A stretch of 64,000 bases of DNA from Alphaproteobacteria bacterium SS10 (GCA_019192455.1 JAHCML010000003.1:1388160-1452159); one strand, 5' to 3'; counted from the first letter of the stretch, positions 40,783 to 51,179 are shown. Notes: generated by a model not told the origin, from the sequence alone. A program made the numbers and translations.

Positions 40783-43248
40783 ATGCGCATTATCACCGGC
40801 ATCCTCGCTGCCTTTATCGGGCTTATCCTGGCCATCGTGGTGATTGGCCTGCCAGCCGCCTATATCTGGTTCAGTACCGCGCAACCGGACTATGACGGCG
40901 ATGTACTCGCAGGCCCGTTAGTCAGCGAACCGGTCACCGTGGTCCGCGACGGCTATGCCATCCCGCATATCTTTGCCGCCAATATGGATGATGCCTATGT
41001 GGCGCTTGGTTATCTGCACGCCCAGGATCGGTTGGTGCAGATGGAGATCCAGCGCCGCGCCGGTCAGGGCCGCCTCTCAGAACTGGCCGGGCGTCTTGCC
41101 CTTCCGGCAGATCGGATCATGCGCAGCCTGGGTTTCTATGATCTTGCCACCCAGGATTTTGAGAATGGTGACCCAGCGGCCAAGAACGCGGTTGAGCGTT
41201 ATGCCGATGGCGTGAACCTGTTTCTCGCCCAAAACCCGGACCCAACACCGCCAGAGCTTCATCTGATCGGCCTCTGGAACACCAGCATCGCGCCGCATCA
41301 GCCAGAACCCTGGAAACCGGCGGATAGTGTGGTTTGGGGCAAGCTTATAGGGCTGCAGCTATCGGGCAATATGTTTGGTGAAATCCGCCGCGCCATGCTG
41401 GCCGACACCCTGACACCAGAGCAAATCGCCGAACTCACGATCTTTGAAGAGCAGGATGCCGAGATCACGCTCGGAAGTTTGCGGGGGCTTGATGATAACG
41501 GTGTCGATTGGGCCCGGCTCGAACAAGCCATTCCCAAACTGGGACCAGAGCGTGCTTCAAACGTCTGGGCCCTAAGCGGTAACCGAACGGCAACCGGCAG
41601 GCCGATCCTGGCCAATGACCCGCATCTGGGCCTTTCTGCGCCAATCCTCTGGTACCTCGTGCGTATTGTGACGCCGGAACTGACCATCACCGGTGCCACG
41701 GTTCCCGGTGTCCCGTTCCACCTGATGGGCCAAAATGGTGAGGCCGCCTGGGGCCTGACCACAACTGGTGGCGATGTTCAGGACCTGTATATCGAGCGGC
41801 TGCACCCGGACGATCCCAACCAGTACCTAACCAGCGACGGTTTCGCCGAGTTTGAAACCAAGACAATTGAGATTGGTGTCGCCGGTGATGAGGCCGAGCA
41901 GCTAACCGTGCGCACAACCAACCATGGGCTGGTGATCAGCGACCTTGACGACCGACTAGGGCCGATCACTGGTGATGATAAGGTGGTGACCCTACGCACC
42001 ACGCTCATGACACCCGGCGATAGCAGTTGGGAGTCGATCTTCTTCTTAAACCGGGCGAAGAGTTGGGACCAGTTCACCGACGCCATGGCACGCTTCAAAA
42101 GCGGCCAGCAAAATTCTGTTTTTGCTGACAAAGAAGGCGATATTGGCCTTTATTCCCCGGCTCTAATACCAGTCCGTGCCTTAGGCAATGGCACCGTGCC
42201 CATGGCTGGTGAAGAGATTTCAGATAATTGGCCTGGCACGGTGCCGGTTGATCGATTACCCAAGATCCTAAACCCACGCTCCGGCCAAATCATAAACGCC
42301 AATAACCGATTGGTTGGAAACGATTATCCTTACTTCATTACCCATGAGTGGGAGCCAGATTACCGGGCCCAGCGTATTGCCGAAGAACTAGGTGGGCGCA
42401 ATGGACTAACGGTTGCCGACAACATGGCCCTGATGGTCGATCCGGTTTCCAAAGCCGCGCATGAACTACTGCCCTATCTCACGGCACTTGAGGGTGAAAC
42501 ACCGCTGCAACGCGATGTGATCGCTGCCCTTACTGATTGGGATGGTCGCATGGATCGGGATTTGGCAACGCCCCTGATCTTCTCAACCTGGCTACGGGTT
42601 ATGCCCGCCATCCTGCTGGAGGATGAGTTGGGCGAGAGCCAGCAATGGGTTGGCGGCGGACCACGGTTGGTCAACCGCATTCTAGGCGGCGATCTCGGAT
42701 GGTGCGATGACACCCAGACCGATCACACAGCCGAGGATTGCCAGGCGGCGGCACAGGCTGGACTTAGCCGCGCCCTCTCCCTCCTCATCGATGCGTATGG
42801 CCATGATTGGCGGCAATGGCGTTGGGGTGATGCCCATCAGGCGCCCTTGGGTCATCAGATCCTTGGCCGATTGCCCTTACTCGGTGGGTTGTTCCGCCAG
42901 GATGCCGCATTGGATGGCAGTAACTACACCGTGCTGCGTGCCGGCGGCCGTGGCGATGACCCGACCCGCTTCCCGGTCAGCCACGGTGCCGGGTATCGCG
43001 CGGTTTATGATCTGGCTGATCTGGATAATAGCCGCTACATGATCGCGACCGGCCAATCTGGTCGCCCGCTGTCTCGCCATTTCGACACTTTTGTTGATGC
43101 CTGGCAGGCCGGCGACTTCATAACAATTGAGAGCTTTAGACGCGGCAATCCGCCGAGCGATGCCTTAGGCGAAATCACCTTCCGACCAATTGCACAGCCA
43201 ACAACCCAACCAGCTGCGGATACAGCCGCAGGAGCCAATGATGGATGA
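40783..43248 (+). CDS. Penicillin-acylase-family (peptidase S45, Ntn-hydrolase) protein, membrane-anchored; possibly an acyl-homoserine-lactone or other N-acyl amidase.
   Basis: WALSGNRTATGRPILANDPHLGLSAPILWYLV contains the S45 nucleophile Ser and the DPHL motif. About 820 aa. The N-terminus MRIITGILAAFIGLILAIVVIGL is a single transmembrane anchor. Start taken at 40783 to avoid overlap with the convergent hydrolase. Confidence 0.75.
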   Translation: MRIITGILAAFIGLILAIVVIGLPAAYIWFSTAQPDYDGDVLAGPLVSEPVTVVRDGYAIPHIFAANMDDAYVALGYLHAQDRLVQMEIQRRAGQGRLSELAGRLALPADRIMRSLGFYDLATQDFENGDPAAKNAVERYADGVNLFLAQNPDPTPPELHLIGLWNTSIAPHQPEPWKPADSVVWGKLIGLQLSGNMFGEIRRAMLADTLTPEQIAELTIFEEQDAEITLGSLRGLDDNGVDWARLEQAIPKLGPERASNVWALSGNRTATGRPILANDPHLGLSAPILWYLVRIVTPELTITGATVPGVPFHLMGQNGEAAWGLTTTGGDVQDLYIERLHPDDPNQYLTSDGFAEFETKTIEIGVAGDEAEQLTVRTTNHGLVISDLDDRLGPITGDDKVVTLRTTLMTPGDSSWESIFFLNRAKSWDQFTDAMARFKSGQQNSVFADKEGDIGLYSPALIPVRALGNGTVPMAGEEISDNWPGTVPVDRLPKILNPRSGQIINANNRLVGNDYPYFITHEWEPDYRAQRIAEELGGRNGLTVADNMALMVDPVSKAAHELLPYLTALEGETPLQRDVIAALTDWDGRMDRDLATPLIFSTWLRVMPAILLEDELGESQQWVGGGPRLVNRILGGDLGWCDDTQTDHTAEDCQAAAQAGLSRALSLLIDAYGHDWRQWRWGDAHQAPLGHQILGRLPLLGGLFRQDAALDGSNYTVLRAGGRGDDPTRFPVSHGAGYRAVYDLADLDNSRYMIATGQSGRPLSRHFDTFVDAWQAGDFITIESFRRGNPPSDALGEITFRPIAQPTTQPAADTAAGANDG

Positions 43249-44512
43249 CAATCTAGTGCCATTTACCCCGGCCATTCAGAACGCCCCGACGGTTCATGAC
43301 ATCGAGGCTGCGGCAAGCCGCATTCAAGGCCAGATCGAACGGACACCGACCGTTGACCTGCACCGGCTGGGTGAGGCCCTCGGCTGCACCATCATGGCGA
43401 AGCTTGAGAACCTGCAGCACACGGCCTCGTTCAAGGAGCGTGGCGCGCTCAACTGCCTATCCCTGCTAACGCCGGATCAGCAACGGGCGGGCGTCGTGGC
43501 GATGTCGGCCGGCAACCACGCACAAGGCGTGGCCTATCACGCCGGACGCCTGGGTGTGAACGCCACCATCGTCATGCCCAAGCACACGCCCTTCACCAAG
43601 GTCGAGCGCACGCAATCCCTCGGCGCCAAGGTGGAGTTGCATGGCGAGACCCTGCAAGAGGCCCGTGAGTTCGCGGAGAACCTGGCGGCCCAGCAAGGCC
43701 TTATCTTCGTGCACCCCTATGATGATCCCTCGGTGATCGCCGGACAGGGCACCGTGGCGCTTGAGATGCTGGCCGCGCTGGATGAGCCGCTAGACACCCT
43801 AATCGTGCCAATCGGCGGTGGCGGCCTGATGTCCGGTATTGCGACCGCCATGCGGGCCCGCAGCCCGGAGACAGAGTTGATCGGCGTGCAGAGCGAGGCC
43901 TACCCCGCCATGCGCCAAAGCCTGAGGGGCGAAGAGATCAAAACCGCCGATGGCACCCTGGCAGAGGGTATTGCCGTTAAAGAGCCAGGGCAGCTAACCC
44001 GACAAATCATCGGTCAGATGGTCGATGACATTGTACTGGTCTCCGATGAGCGGATTGAACAGGCGATTTACGACCTCTCCGGCTACTCAAAAATCGTTGC
44101 TGAGGGGGCTGGTGCCGCTGGCATCGCCGCGATCATGGATGATCCTGAACGCTTCGCTGGCATGCGGGTCGGTGTGGTGATTTGCGGTGGCAATATCGAC
44201 GACCGGTTGTTTGCCAACCTCTTGCTCCGTGGGATGGTGAGTGAGCAGAAGATCATTCAACTGCGGATTACCCTTCCCGATAGGCCCGGCGCCCTGGCCG
44301 CCATTGCCACGGTTATTGCGGATGCAGGCGGCAATATCGTTGAGGTTCAGCACCAGCGAATGTTCAACGTTGCCTCTATCAAATCGACCACTATCGATAT
44401 TGTGATGGAGACCCGGGACAAGGATCACGCCAACAGTATCGTTGCCGCGCTGCAAGGGGCTGGTTTCCCGGTGGAACAGCAATATTCCAAGGCGATGAAG
44501 ACCGCCGAGTAG
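43238..44512 (+). CDS. ilvA: Threonine ammonia-lyase (threonine dehydratase) with one C-terminal regulatory ACT-like domain.
   Basis: PLP-fold HTASFKERGALN...SAGNHAQGVA and GGGGL. The C-terminal ~90 aa are ACT-like. The start overlaps the acylase stop. Confidence 0.85.
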   Translation: MMDDNLVPFTPAIQNAPTVHDIEAAASRIQGQIERTPTVDLHRLGEALGCTIMAKLENLQHTASFKERGALNCLSLLTPDQQRAGVVAMSAGNHAQGVAYHAGRLGVNATIVMPKHTPFTKVERTQSLGAKVELHGETLQEAREFAENLAAQQGLIFVHPYDDPSVIAGQGTVALEMLAALDEPLDTLIVPIGGGGLMSGIATAMRARSPETELIGVQSEAYPAMRQSLRGEEIKTADGTLAEGIAVKEPGQLTRQIIGQMVDDIVLVSDERIEQAIYDLSGYSKIVAEGAGAAGIAAIMDDPERFAGMRVGVVICGGNIDDRLFANLLLRGMVSEQKIIQLRITLPDRPGALAAIATVIADAGGNIVEVQHQRMFNVASIKSTTIDIVMETRDKDHANSIVAALQGAGFPVEQQYSKAMKTAE

Positions 44513-44808
44513 CGCCCCCAAGCCGACACCGTCATCACGACGCGTGGCGCGTTTGTAACGAAACAATCACGGCAATTGCCCTCGGGACAGGCTGTCGCTT
44601 AACCGGGTGATAGTCCTTGTGGTATATCTTTCACCCAAGGCGTGATGAATGATGCGTGGCGGGCAGGCCACCGGCGGAGAACTGCCGAACACAGCACGCT
44701 TGGAGGTATCGGGCCGAGAGCTAATTGGGGTACCGCACCACCGCCCCTAGATGGGTGGCATCGTCGCGCGGCAGCGACGGTGAGCAGCTAAGAGTGAGAA
44801 CACGGGCT

Positions 44809-45672
44809 ATGCTGGTTATCATTGGATGGATTGTGGTGACGGTTTGCACCCTCGGCGGCTATGCGGCGCTGGGCGGTAAACTCGCCGTTTTGTGGCAGCC
44901 CTTTGAGGTTGTCATCATCGTCGGTTCCGGCATTGGCGCGTACATCGTCGCCAACAACAAGACGATCCTCAAGGCGACCATTCACGAGATTAAGGTCAAC
45001 TTCAAAGGCAACAAATACGACAAGGATGCCTATCTGGAGTTGCTGTCCATGCTTTACGCGGTGTTCCGCACGGCCAAGACCAAGGGCTGGCTAGCGCTAG
45101 AGCAGCATATTGAAAACCCGCATGAGAGTGAGCTGTTCCAACAGTTCCCAACCTTCTACGCGGATCACCATGCCGTCACCTTCCTCTGTGACTACCTCCG
45201 CATCATCTCGATGGGCTCAGACAACGCCTTTGAGATTGAGGCGTTGATGGATGAGGAGTTGGAAGTTCACCACGCAGAGCAGCATCAGGTGTCGAGCGCC
45301 GTTCAAACCATGGCAGATGGCCTCCCGGCCCTCGGTATCGTCGCGGCGGTCCTTGGCGTGATTAAGACCATGGGCTCGATCACTGAACCACCTGAGGTTC
45401 TCGGTAAGCTCATCGGTGGTGCGCTGGTTGGTACCTTCCTTGGGGTTTGGGTGGCCTATGGTTTTGTTGGCCCGCTCGCTAGCTCCCTGAAGGTTCGTCA
45501 TGAGGGTGAGTCCAAGTACTACACCGCCATGAAGATTGCCCTGCTCGCCAACCTGCAAGGTTACGCGCCTGCCCTCTCCGTTGAGTTTGCCCGCAAGACG
45601 CTGTTCAGCGATGTGCGTCCATCCTTCGCTGAGGTTGAGGAAGCAACCGCAGCTGTTGCCGCCCCGGCATAA
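44809..45672 (+). CDS. motA: Flagellar motor stator protein MotA.
   Basis: MLVIIGWIVV...LGGYAALGGKL...VIIVGSGIGAYIV N-terminal helices. Four transmembrane segments with a plug region. The size is typical. Confidence 0.85.
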   Translation: MLVIIGWIVVTVCTLGGYAALGGKLAVLWQPFEVVIIVGSGIGAYIVANNKTILKATIHEIKVNFKGNKYDKDAYLELLSMLYAVFRTAKTKGWLALEQHIENPHESELFQQFPTFYADHHAVTFLCDYLRIISMGSDNAFEIEALMDEELEVHHAEQHQVSSAVQTMADGLPALGIVAAVLGVIKTMGSITEPPEVLGKLIGGALVGTFLGVWVAYGFVGPLASSLKVRHEGESKYYTAMKIALLANLQGYAPALSVEFARKTLFSDVRPSFAEVEEATAAVAAPA

Positions 45673-45738
45673 GTTCTGCATGGCAATTTGAAGACCCTGA
45701 TCAACAATCCAGCTAGCTAGAAACAGACAGGACCCAGT

Positions 45739-46815
45739 GTGAGCGACGATCTCGCCCCCATTATCGTCAAGAAGGTCAAGAAAGGCGGTCATGATCACCA
45801 TGGCGGCGCCTGGAAGGTGGCTTACGCTGACTTCGTGACCGCTATGATGGCGTTCTTCCTGCTGCTTTGGCTGCTCAATGTGACCACCTCAGATCAGAAG
45901 CAGGCCATCGCCTTTTATTTTGATCCGTTCAGCGTCTCCAACTCCAATAGCGGTAGTGGTGGTGTCTTGGGTGGCCAGTCGATGGTCGCACCGGGTGCTG
46001 CGCTATCTGACACCACCGCACCGGGGCTTGAGACTGCCCTCCCCGTCGCCAACAACAAAGGTGACAACCAGGGCAATGACGCCTCAATCGACCGTGACAT
46101 CAATCGCGATGGCGGCTTCTCCGACCTCGATGGTGGCGAGATGCTGAGTGTTGAGGAAGTACGTCAGAACAATGAGGTCGCTCAGCAGTTCTTCGCCAAT
46201 CTGGCGGCCCGCGACCTACTTGATCAGGTGGCCGACAACCTGATCATCGAACAGACTACCGAAGGCCTCCGCATCCAGATCGTCGATACCGAACGTCGAC
46301 CAATGTTTGCACCAGGTGACATCGAGCCCCTGCCCTTCGTTCAAGAGATCCTCTCCAGCATTGTTGAGGCGATTGCCGATATCCCGAACAAGGTTGATAT
46401 CAGCGGCCATACCGATGCGTCCCTGATCACCACCCGCGAGGGTGAGCCCTATGATAACTGGGATTTATCCGCTGATCGGGCCAATGCAAGCCGTCGGGTA
46501 ATGACCAGCGTTGGCCTTGAGAATGTGCGCTTATCGCGTGTCGTGGGTAAAGCCGATACCGATCCATTGCTGCCTGACCAACCGCTCTCACCGTCGAATC
46601 GTCGGATAAGCCTGGTCCTACTTCGTGAGGATCAGCCAGAGCTGACCAGCGATGATGGCCCAGGCGGACTTCGCGCCAATGACCCGAACTATCGTCGGAT
46701 CGTACCGGTGCCAGAGGCTATTGTGCCCCTGCCCAGCAGCCGCGGTGTTTCGCCGGTTAACGCGACCCCGCTTGAGGATCGTATCGCAGAGCCAACGCTC
46801 AATACCTCTGGCTAA
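45739..46815 (+). CDS. motB: Flagellar motor protein MotB (OmpA-like C-terminal domain), GTG start.
   Basis: HGGAWKVAYADFVTAMMAFFLLLW is the MotB transmembrane/plug region. The C-terminal OmpA-like part is DISGHTDAS...DNWDLSADRANASRRVM. A Gly/Ser/Asp-rich linker is present. Confidence 0.85.
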   Translation: MSDDLAPIIVKKVKKGGHDHHGGAWKVAYADFVTAMMAFFLLLWLLNVTTSDQKQAIAFYFDPFSVSNSNSGSGGVLGGQSMVAPGAALSDTTAPGLETALPVANNKGDNQGNDASIDRDINRDGGFSDLDGGEMLSVEEVRQNNEVAQQFFANLAARDLLDQVADNLIIEQTTEGLRIQIVDTERRPMFAPGDIEPLPFVQEILSSIVEAIADIPNKVDISGHTDASLITTREGEPYDNWDLSADRANASRRVMTSVGLENVRLSRVVGKADTDPLLPDQPLSPSNRRISLVLLREDQPELTSDDGPGGLRANDPNYRRIVPVPEAIVPLPSSRGVSPVNATPLEDRIAEPTLNTSG

Positions 46816-46968
46816 ACCTCGGCACTAACCCACAATTGATGCTCATAGAGCGCCCAATCCAGTAGCCCAGCGCTCGACAAGTTGGACGCCCTCGCATACC
46901 CTTTTTGATAGTGTGGTAACGATGTGGAGGCGCCGAAAACGGCGTCATAGAGGAGAACCCGGAACCAA

Positions 46969-47778
46969 ATGTCGGTTATTGACCGTCCGAGACAGCCACT
47001 CCTGCAGTTCTTCAGGTCCGGCGCCCTGCCCTGCCCCTATCTGGAAGGTCGGGTTGAGCGCAAGCTGTTCGCCCGCCTGAATGTGGGCAATGCAACGGCG
47101 ATCAATGCTGTCCTGACCGAGGCTGGGTTCCGCCGCTCCCATGACATCATCTACCGGCCCGTCTGCCCCTCATGCAGTGCCTGCGTGCCGGTGCGTATTC
47201 CCACAGCCGATTTCCAACCTGGCAAATCTATGCGGCGCATCCTCCGCAAGAATGAGGATTTGAGCTGGGGCCTTGTTCCCGCCACCGCGACGGTTGAACA
47301 GTTTGAGCTGTTCACCGCCTATCAGGACGCCCGCCATGGCGAGAGTGATATGGCGCGAATGGGTCTGACAGACTATGTGGCGATGATCGATGAGGGCCGC
47401 GCCAATACTGAGCTATTGGAAGTGCGTACCGCGGACGGCCAATTAATCGGTGTGATGCTGTTGGATCGGCTGCCCGATGGCTTCTCTGCTGTTTACAGCT
47501 TCTTCGACCCCGATCATGAGCCGCGCAGCCTAGGTAACTTCCTAATACTCTGCCTTATCGAATTAGCGCAGCAGGATGGCCTTGGTTACATCTATCTCGG
47601 CTATTGGATCGAGAACTCCGCAAAGATGGCGTACAAGGCGCGTTTCAAGCCGCTTGAGGTCCTCGGCCCAAATGGTTGGTACCAGATGAAGGGCCCGCCA
47701 ACCCCGCCCGATTATGGCGCCAAGCCCGACACCGAGGGTGATGCGGTTTCGGTCACGGATGAGGACGCCGCCAAATAG
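46969..47778 (+). CDS. bpt: Aspartate/glutamate leucyltransferase Bpt (arginyl-tRNA-protein-transferase-like).
   Basis: LPCPYLEGRVERKLF...RRSHDIIYRPVCPSCSACVPVRI has the ATE_N Cys cluster. The C-terminal ATE_C domain is GYIYLGYW. Confidence 0.85.
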   Translation: MSVIDRPRQPLLQFFRSGALPCPYLEGRVERKLFARLNVGNATAINAVLTEAGFRRSHDIIYRPVCPSCSACVPVRIPTADFQPGKSMRRILRKNEDLSWGLVPATATVEQFELFTAYQDARHGESDMARMGLTDYVAMIDEGRANTELLEVRTADGQLIGVMLLDRLPDGFSAVYSFFDPDHEPRSLGNFLILCLIELAQQDGLGYIYLGYWIENSAKMAYKARFKPLEVLGPNGWYQMKGPPTPPDYGAKPDTEGDAVSVTDEDAAK

Positions 47779-47828
47779 CAATCACTAATGCTGCGGCGCA
47801 CAATCTGTTTTTTGCTTAAACACTTGAT

Positions 47829-47875
47829 CTGAAACCACATTTCGCCCTGGTTTCAGCTTGGTTTTGATTGATCAA
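47829..47875. promoter_or_regulatory. Two palindromic elements upstream of the TRAP binding-protein gene; candidate operator(s).
   Basis: Perfect 9-bp inverted repeat CTGAAACCA-N10-TGGTTTCAG (47829-47856), followed by the palindrome TTGATCAA within TTGATTGATCAA (47864-47875). Confidence 0.35.
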
Positions 47876-48051
47876 AGCCCCCATCCGGATATAATCCCTC
47901 CCGTCTAAACGAACGATCTCGGGCCAGAACCTGCGGCGATCACCGCTGCATATCAGCCCAAGTCAATGCGGGTCACCACGACCCGACAACCGCCCGGCAA
48001 TGCCGTCCTTGGCATCCTTCTTCAAACCGGGCCATTAGGGAGAAGTCATCC

Positions 48052-49161
48052 ATGGAACGGCGTAAGTTTCTTACCGGCGCAGGCGTCGCCGGTGTCGCGG
48101 CAGGTGCCGCAGCAGCCTCCAGCTTCCCTGCCCCAGCGATCAGCCAGGGCCGGAAAGAGTGGAGCATGGTCACCACCTGGCCAAAGAATTTCCCAGGCCT
48201 TGGCACCGGTGCTGAGCTGGTTGCCGACTACATCACCCGCATGTCCGATGGTCGCCTGACCGTTAAGGTCTATGGCGCTGGTGAAATCGTCCCAGCGTTT
48301 GAGAGCATCGACGCTGTTGCTTCCGGCACGGTCGAGATGGGCCACGGCGCCCCTTACTACTGGAAGGGTAAGGTTCCAGCGGCTCAATACCTCGCTGCCA
48401 TGCCATTCGGTATGACGGCACAAGAGCAAAACGCCTGGTACCAATATGGCGGCGGCCAGGAGCTGGGTGATGAGATCTATGCTGAGATGGGTTGTAAGTT
48501 CTTCCCATCAGGCAACACCGGCGTTCAGATGGGCGGCTGGTTCAACAAAGAGATCAACAGCGCTGAAGACTTCAAAGGTCTGAAGATGCGGATGCCTGGC
48601 CTCGGCGGTGAGGTCATCAAGGCCGCTGGTGCCACCGTTGTGAACCTGCCTGGTGGTGAGCTACTGGCCGCGATGCAGACCGGTGCCATCGATGCCATGG
48701 AATGGGTCGGTCCATATAATGACCTCGCCTTCGGCATCTATAAGGTCGCCAAGTTCTACTACTACCCAGGTTGGCACGAGCCAGCGACCACCCTCGACTG
48801 CTTCGTCAACCTTGAGGCTTACAACGCCCTCGATGATGACCTGAAGGCAATCGTGACGGCCGCTAACACCGTTGCGAACCAGATGGTGTTGAGCGAGTAC
48901 ATGGCGCGTAACAACGACAGCCTGCAGAAGCTGGTGAACGAGCACAATGTGGATGTTCGCCCATATCCGAACGGCCTACTGGAAGAGCTGGGTCGCATCT
49001 CGGGTGAGCTGATGACCGAATTCATGAACCAGGACCCACTGTCCCGGAAAGTCGGCGAGAGCATCGTCAACTTCCGCCGTGGTGCGCTCGCTTGGACCAA
49101 GCTGTCTGAGCAGACCTTCACCGCTGCACGGGCCCTGCCGTTCAAATACGTCTCGCTCTAA
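48052..49161 (+). CDS. TRAP transporter substrate-binding protein (DctP family, COG4663-like) with a twin-arginine-type signal.
   Basis: MERRKFLTGAGVAGVAAGAAAAS is an RRxFL signal. The mature part matches DctP-type TRAP solute receptors (SMVTTWPKNFPGLGTGAE...). Confidence 0.8.
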   Translation: MERRKFLTGAGVAGVAAGAAAASSFPAPAISQGRKEWSMVTTWPKNFPGLGTGAELVADYITRMSDGRLTVKVYGAGEIVPAFESIDAVASGTVEMGHGAPYYWKGKVPAAQYLAAMPFGMTAQEQNAWYQYGGGQELGDEIYAEMGCKFFPSGNTGVQMGGWFNKEINSAEDFKGLKMRMPGLGGEVIKAAGATVVNLPGGELLAAMQTGAIDAMEWVGPYNDLAFGIYKVAKFYYYPGWHEPATTLDCFVNLEAYNALDDDLKAIVTAANTVANQMVLSEYMARNNDSLQKLVNEHNVDVRPYPNGLLEELGRISGELMTEFMNQDPLSRKVGESIVNFRRGALAWTKLSEQTFTAARALPFKYVSL

Positions 49162-49182
49162 GCTGAGATTGATAGTTATAGG

Positions 49183-49216
49183 AAAGGGCGGCCCCGTGGC
49201 CGCCCTTTTCTTTTGG
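49183..49216. terminator. Rho-independent terminator between the TRAP binding-protein gene and the convergent GNAT gene.
   Basis: AAGGGCGGCC-CCGT-GGCCGCCCTT followed by TTCTTTTGG. It sits between convergent stops. Confidence 0.7.
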
Positions 49217-49217
49217 G

Positions 49218-49739
49218 CTAAACTGACCGCTCAAAATACGCTGAGACACGCTCACCACCGCTGGCGAGCGGCCGGGTAATCTCGCCCGCCGATACAAAAC
49301 CTAGGCGTTCCAGAAGCTTGATTGACGCGGCGTTCTCGGGCGCTGTGGTGGCCGTCAGCTTCTTCAAGCTGGGCACCAACATGTCAGCATCGGCAATCAG
49401 TCGGGTTGCCGCCTCGCTGGCATAGCCCTTGCCCCAAAATTCAGCACCCAGCCAATAGCCAAAATCCGCCGCATCACCGTCCGGCCATTTGGGATGCAGG
49501 CCGATATTGCCAATCAGCAGGTCGGTATCCGGCTGATAGATACCCAGCCGATAATCCTCACCCGCTGCGGCATCTGGCACCGCACCGCCAACCCAGGCGG
49601 CCAATTCATCATCAGTTGGGGGTTGGGAGAAGATGGCTAGCTGCGCGGTCACATCCGGGTCAGACAGCAACACCTTCATCCGCCCAGCATCAGCCGGGCG
49701 AAGCGCACGCATCACCAAACGGTCAGTTCGTATCAGCAT
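49218..49739 (-). CDS. GNAT-family N-acetyltransferase (RimJ/RimL-like).
   Basis: Acetyl-CoA binding region IGNIGLHPKWPDGDAADFGYWLGAEFWGKGYASEA. Length 173 aa. Confidence 0.75.
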   Translation of the reverse strand: MLIRTDRLVMRALRPADAGRMKVLLSDPDVTAQLAIFSQPPTDDELAAWVGGAVPDAAAGEDYRLGIYQPDTDLLIGNIGLHPKWPDGDAADFGYWLGAEFWGKGYASEAATRLIADADMLVPSLKKLTATTAPENAASIKLLERLGFVSAGEITRPLASGGERVSAYFERSV

Positions 49740-49743
49740 GGGG

Positions 49744-51174
49744 TTAGAGCAATACGCTCGGCAACCATGTCGCCAGTTCTGGGAAGATCGCCAGCAACAC
49801 CAGCATAAACAACTGGATCAGCACGAACGGGATCACGCCCTTATAGATATCTAGTGTCGCGATACTGGGCGGCGCCACCCCACGTAGGTAGAACAGCGCA
49901 AATCCAAAGGGCGGCGTCAGGAACGACGTCTGCAAATTGATTGCGATCATGATGCCTAGCCAAACCGGGTCGAACCCTGGCATCTGCAAGAGCACCGGAC
50001 CAACAATCGGCACAACGACGAAGACGATCTCAATAAAGTCGAGGAAGAAGCCCATCACAAACATGATGGCCATCACGACGAGCATCGCGCCCAGCGCGCC
50101 ACCAGGCATGCTCTTCAGCGCCTCGGCGACCAGCTCCTCGCCGTGCAAGCCACGGAACACCAGGCTGAACAGCGATGCGCCCAGCAGGATGATGAACACC
50201 ATGGTTGAGATCTGCAAGGTCTGCCGCATCACATGCTGCAGGGTCTTCAAATCCAACTGCTTGTAGAGATAAGCGAGGATCATGGAGCCAACAGCGCCAA
50301 CGCCAGCAGCCTCTGTCGGCGTGGCGGCACCGGCCAGGATTGACCCCAAAACGGCGGTGATCAGCAGTGCCGGCGGCAGCAAAACCTTAAACACACGACC
50401 GCCCAGCGCCTTCTTCTCTTCCGGTGAGATGACGAGGGCTGGTGTCGCTTTTGGGTTCACCACGGCTTGGAAGATTATCCAGCACATATAAAGCCCGACC
50501 AACATCATGCCGGGGATGAAGGCCCCAACGAACAGGTCGACGACGCTGATCGGCTCAGGCGCGAAGTTACCCTGCGCCAGCTGCGCCTGGGTCCAGGCGC
50601 CCTGCAGGATATCGCCCAGGAGTACGAGGACAATTGACGGCGGAATGATCTGCCCCAGCGTACCGGAGGCGCAGATTGTGCCCGTGGCAATCTTTGGGTC
50701 ATAGCCAGCCTTCAGCATGGCAGGCAGGCTCAACAGGCCCATGGTGACCACGGTGGCGCCCACAATACCGGTGGAGGCCGCCAGCAGCATGCCGACAAAG
50801 ATAACCGAGAGGCCCAGGCCGCCCCGTATCTCACCAAACAACTGCCCCATCACCTGAAGCAGGTTTTCAGCAATCTTCGAGCGTTCCAGCATCACGCCCA
50901 TAAAGACGAACAGCGGTACGGCGACCAGCACCTCATTCACCATCACGCCGTAATAGCGGGAGGGCAAACCACCGAAGATACTGAGGCGGAATACGGTGCC
51001 CGTCACCTCAACACCAAACACACCGAGGATGTCCGGCATGAAATGGCCCAGGAAGGCAAAGGCAAGCGCGGTACCGGCCAGAGAGAACGCAACCGGGAAG
51101 CCAGCCATCAACACACCGCAAGCGGTGAGGAACATAACAACGGCTAGGATTTCACCAATCAGAATATGATCCAT
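49744..51174 (-). CDS. dctM: TRAP transporter large permease subunit (DctM).
   Basis: 476 aa with about 12 transmembrane segments and the typical DctM composition. Immediately downstream of dctQ. Confidence 0.85.
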   Translation of the reverse strand: MDHILIGEILAVVMFLTACGVLMAGFPVAFSLAGTALAFAFLGHFMPDILGVFGVEVTGTVFRLSIFGGLPSRYYGVMVNEVLVAVPLFVFMGVMLERSKIAENLLQVMGQLFGEIRGGLGLSVIFVGMLLAASTGIVGATVVTMGLLSLPAMLKAGYDPKIATGTICASGTLGQIIPPSIVLVLLGDILQGAWTQAQLAQGNFAPEPISVVDLFVGAFIPGMMLVGLYMCWIIFQAVVNPKATPALVISPEEKKALGGRVFKVLLPPALLITAVLGSILAGAATPTEAAGVGAVGSMILAYLYKQLDLKTLQHVMRQTLQISTMVFIILLGASLFSLVFRGLHGEELVAEALKSMPGGALGAMLVVMAIMFVMGFFLDFIEIVFVVVPIVGPVLLQMPGFDPVWLGIMIAINLQTSFLTPPFGFALFYLRGVAPPSIATLDIYKGVIPFVLIQLFMLVLLAIFPELATWLPSVLL

Positions 51175-51179
51175 GGCGC

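Noticed and set aside
48046-48444. A 132-aa minus-strand ORF over the start of the TRAP binding-protein gene.
   Set aside because: It is antisense to a confidently called gene and has no features.
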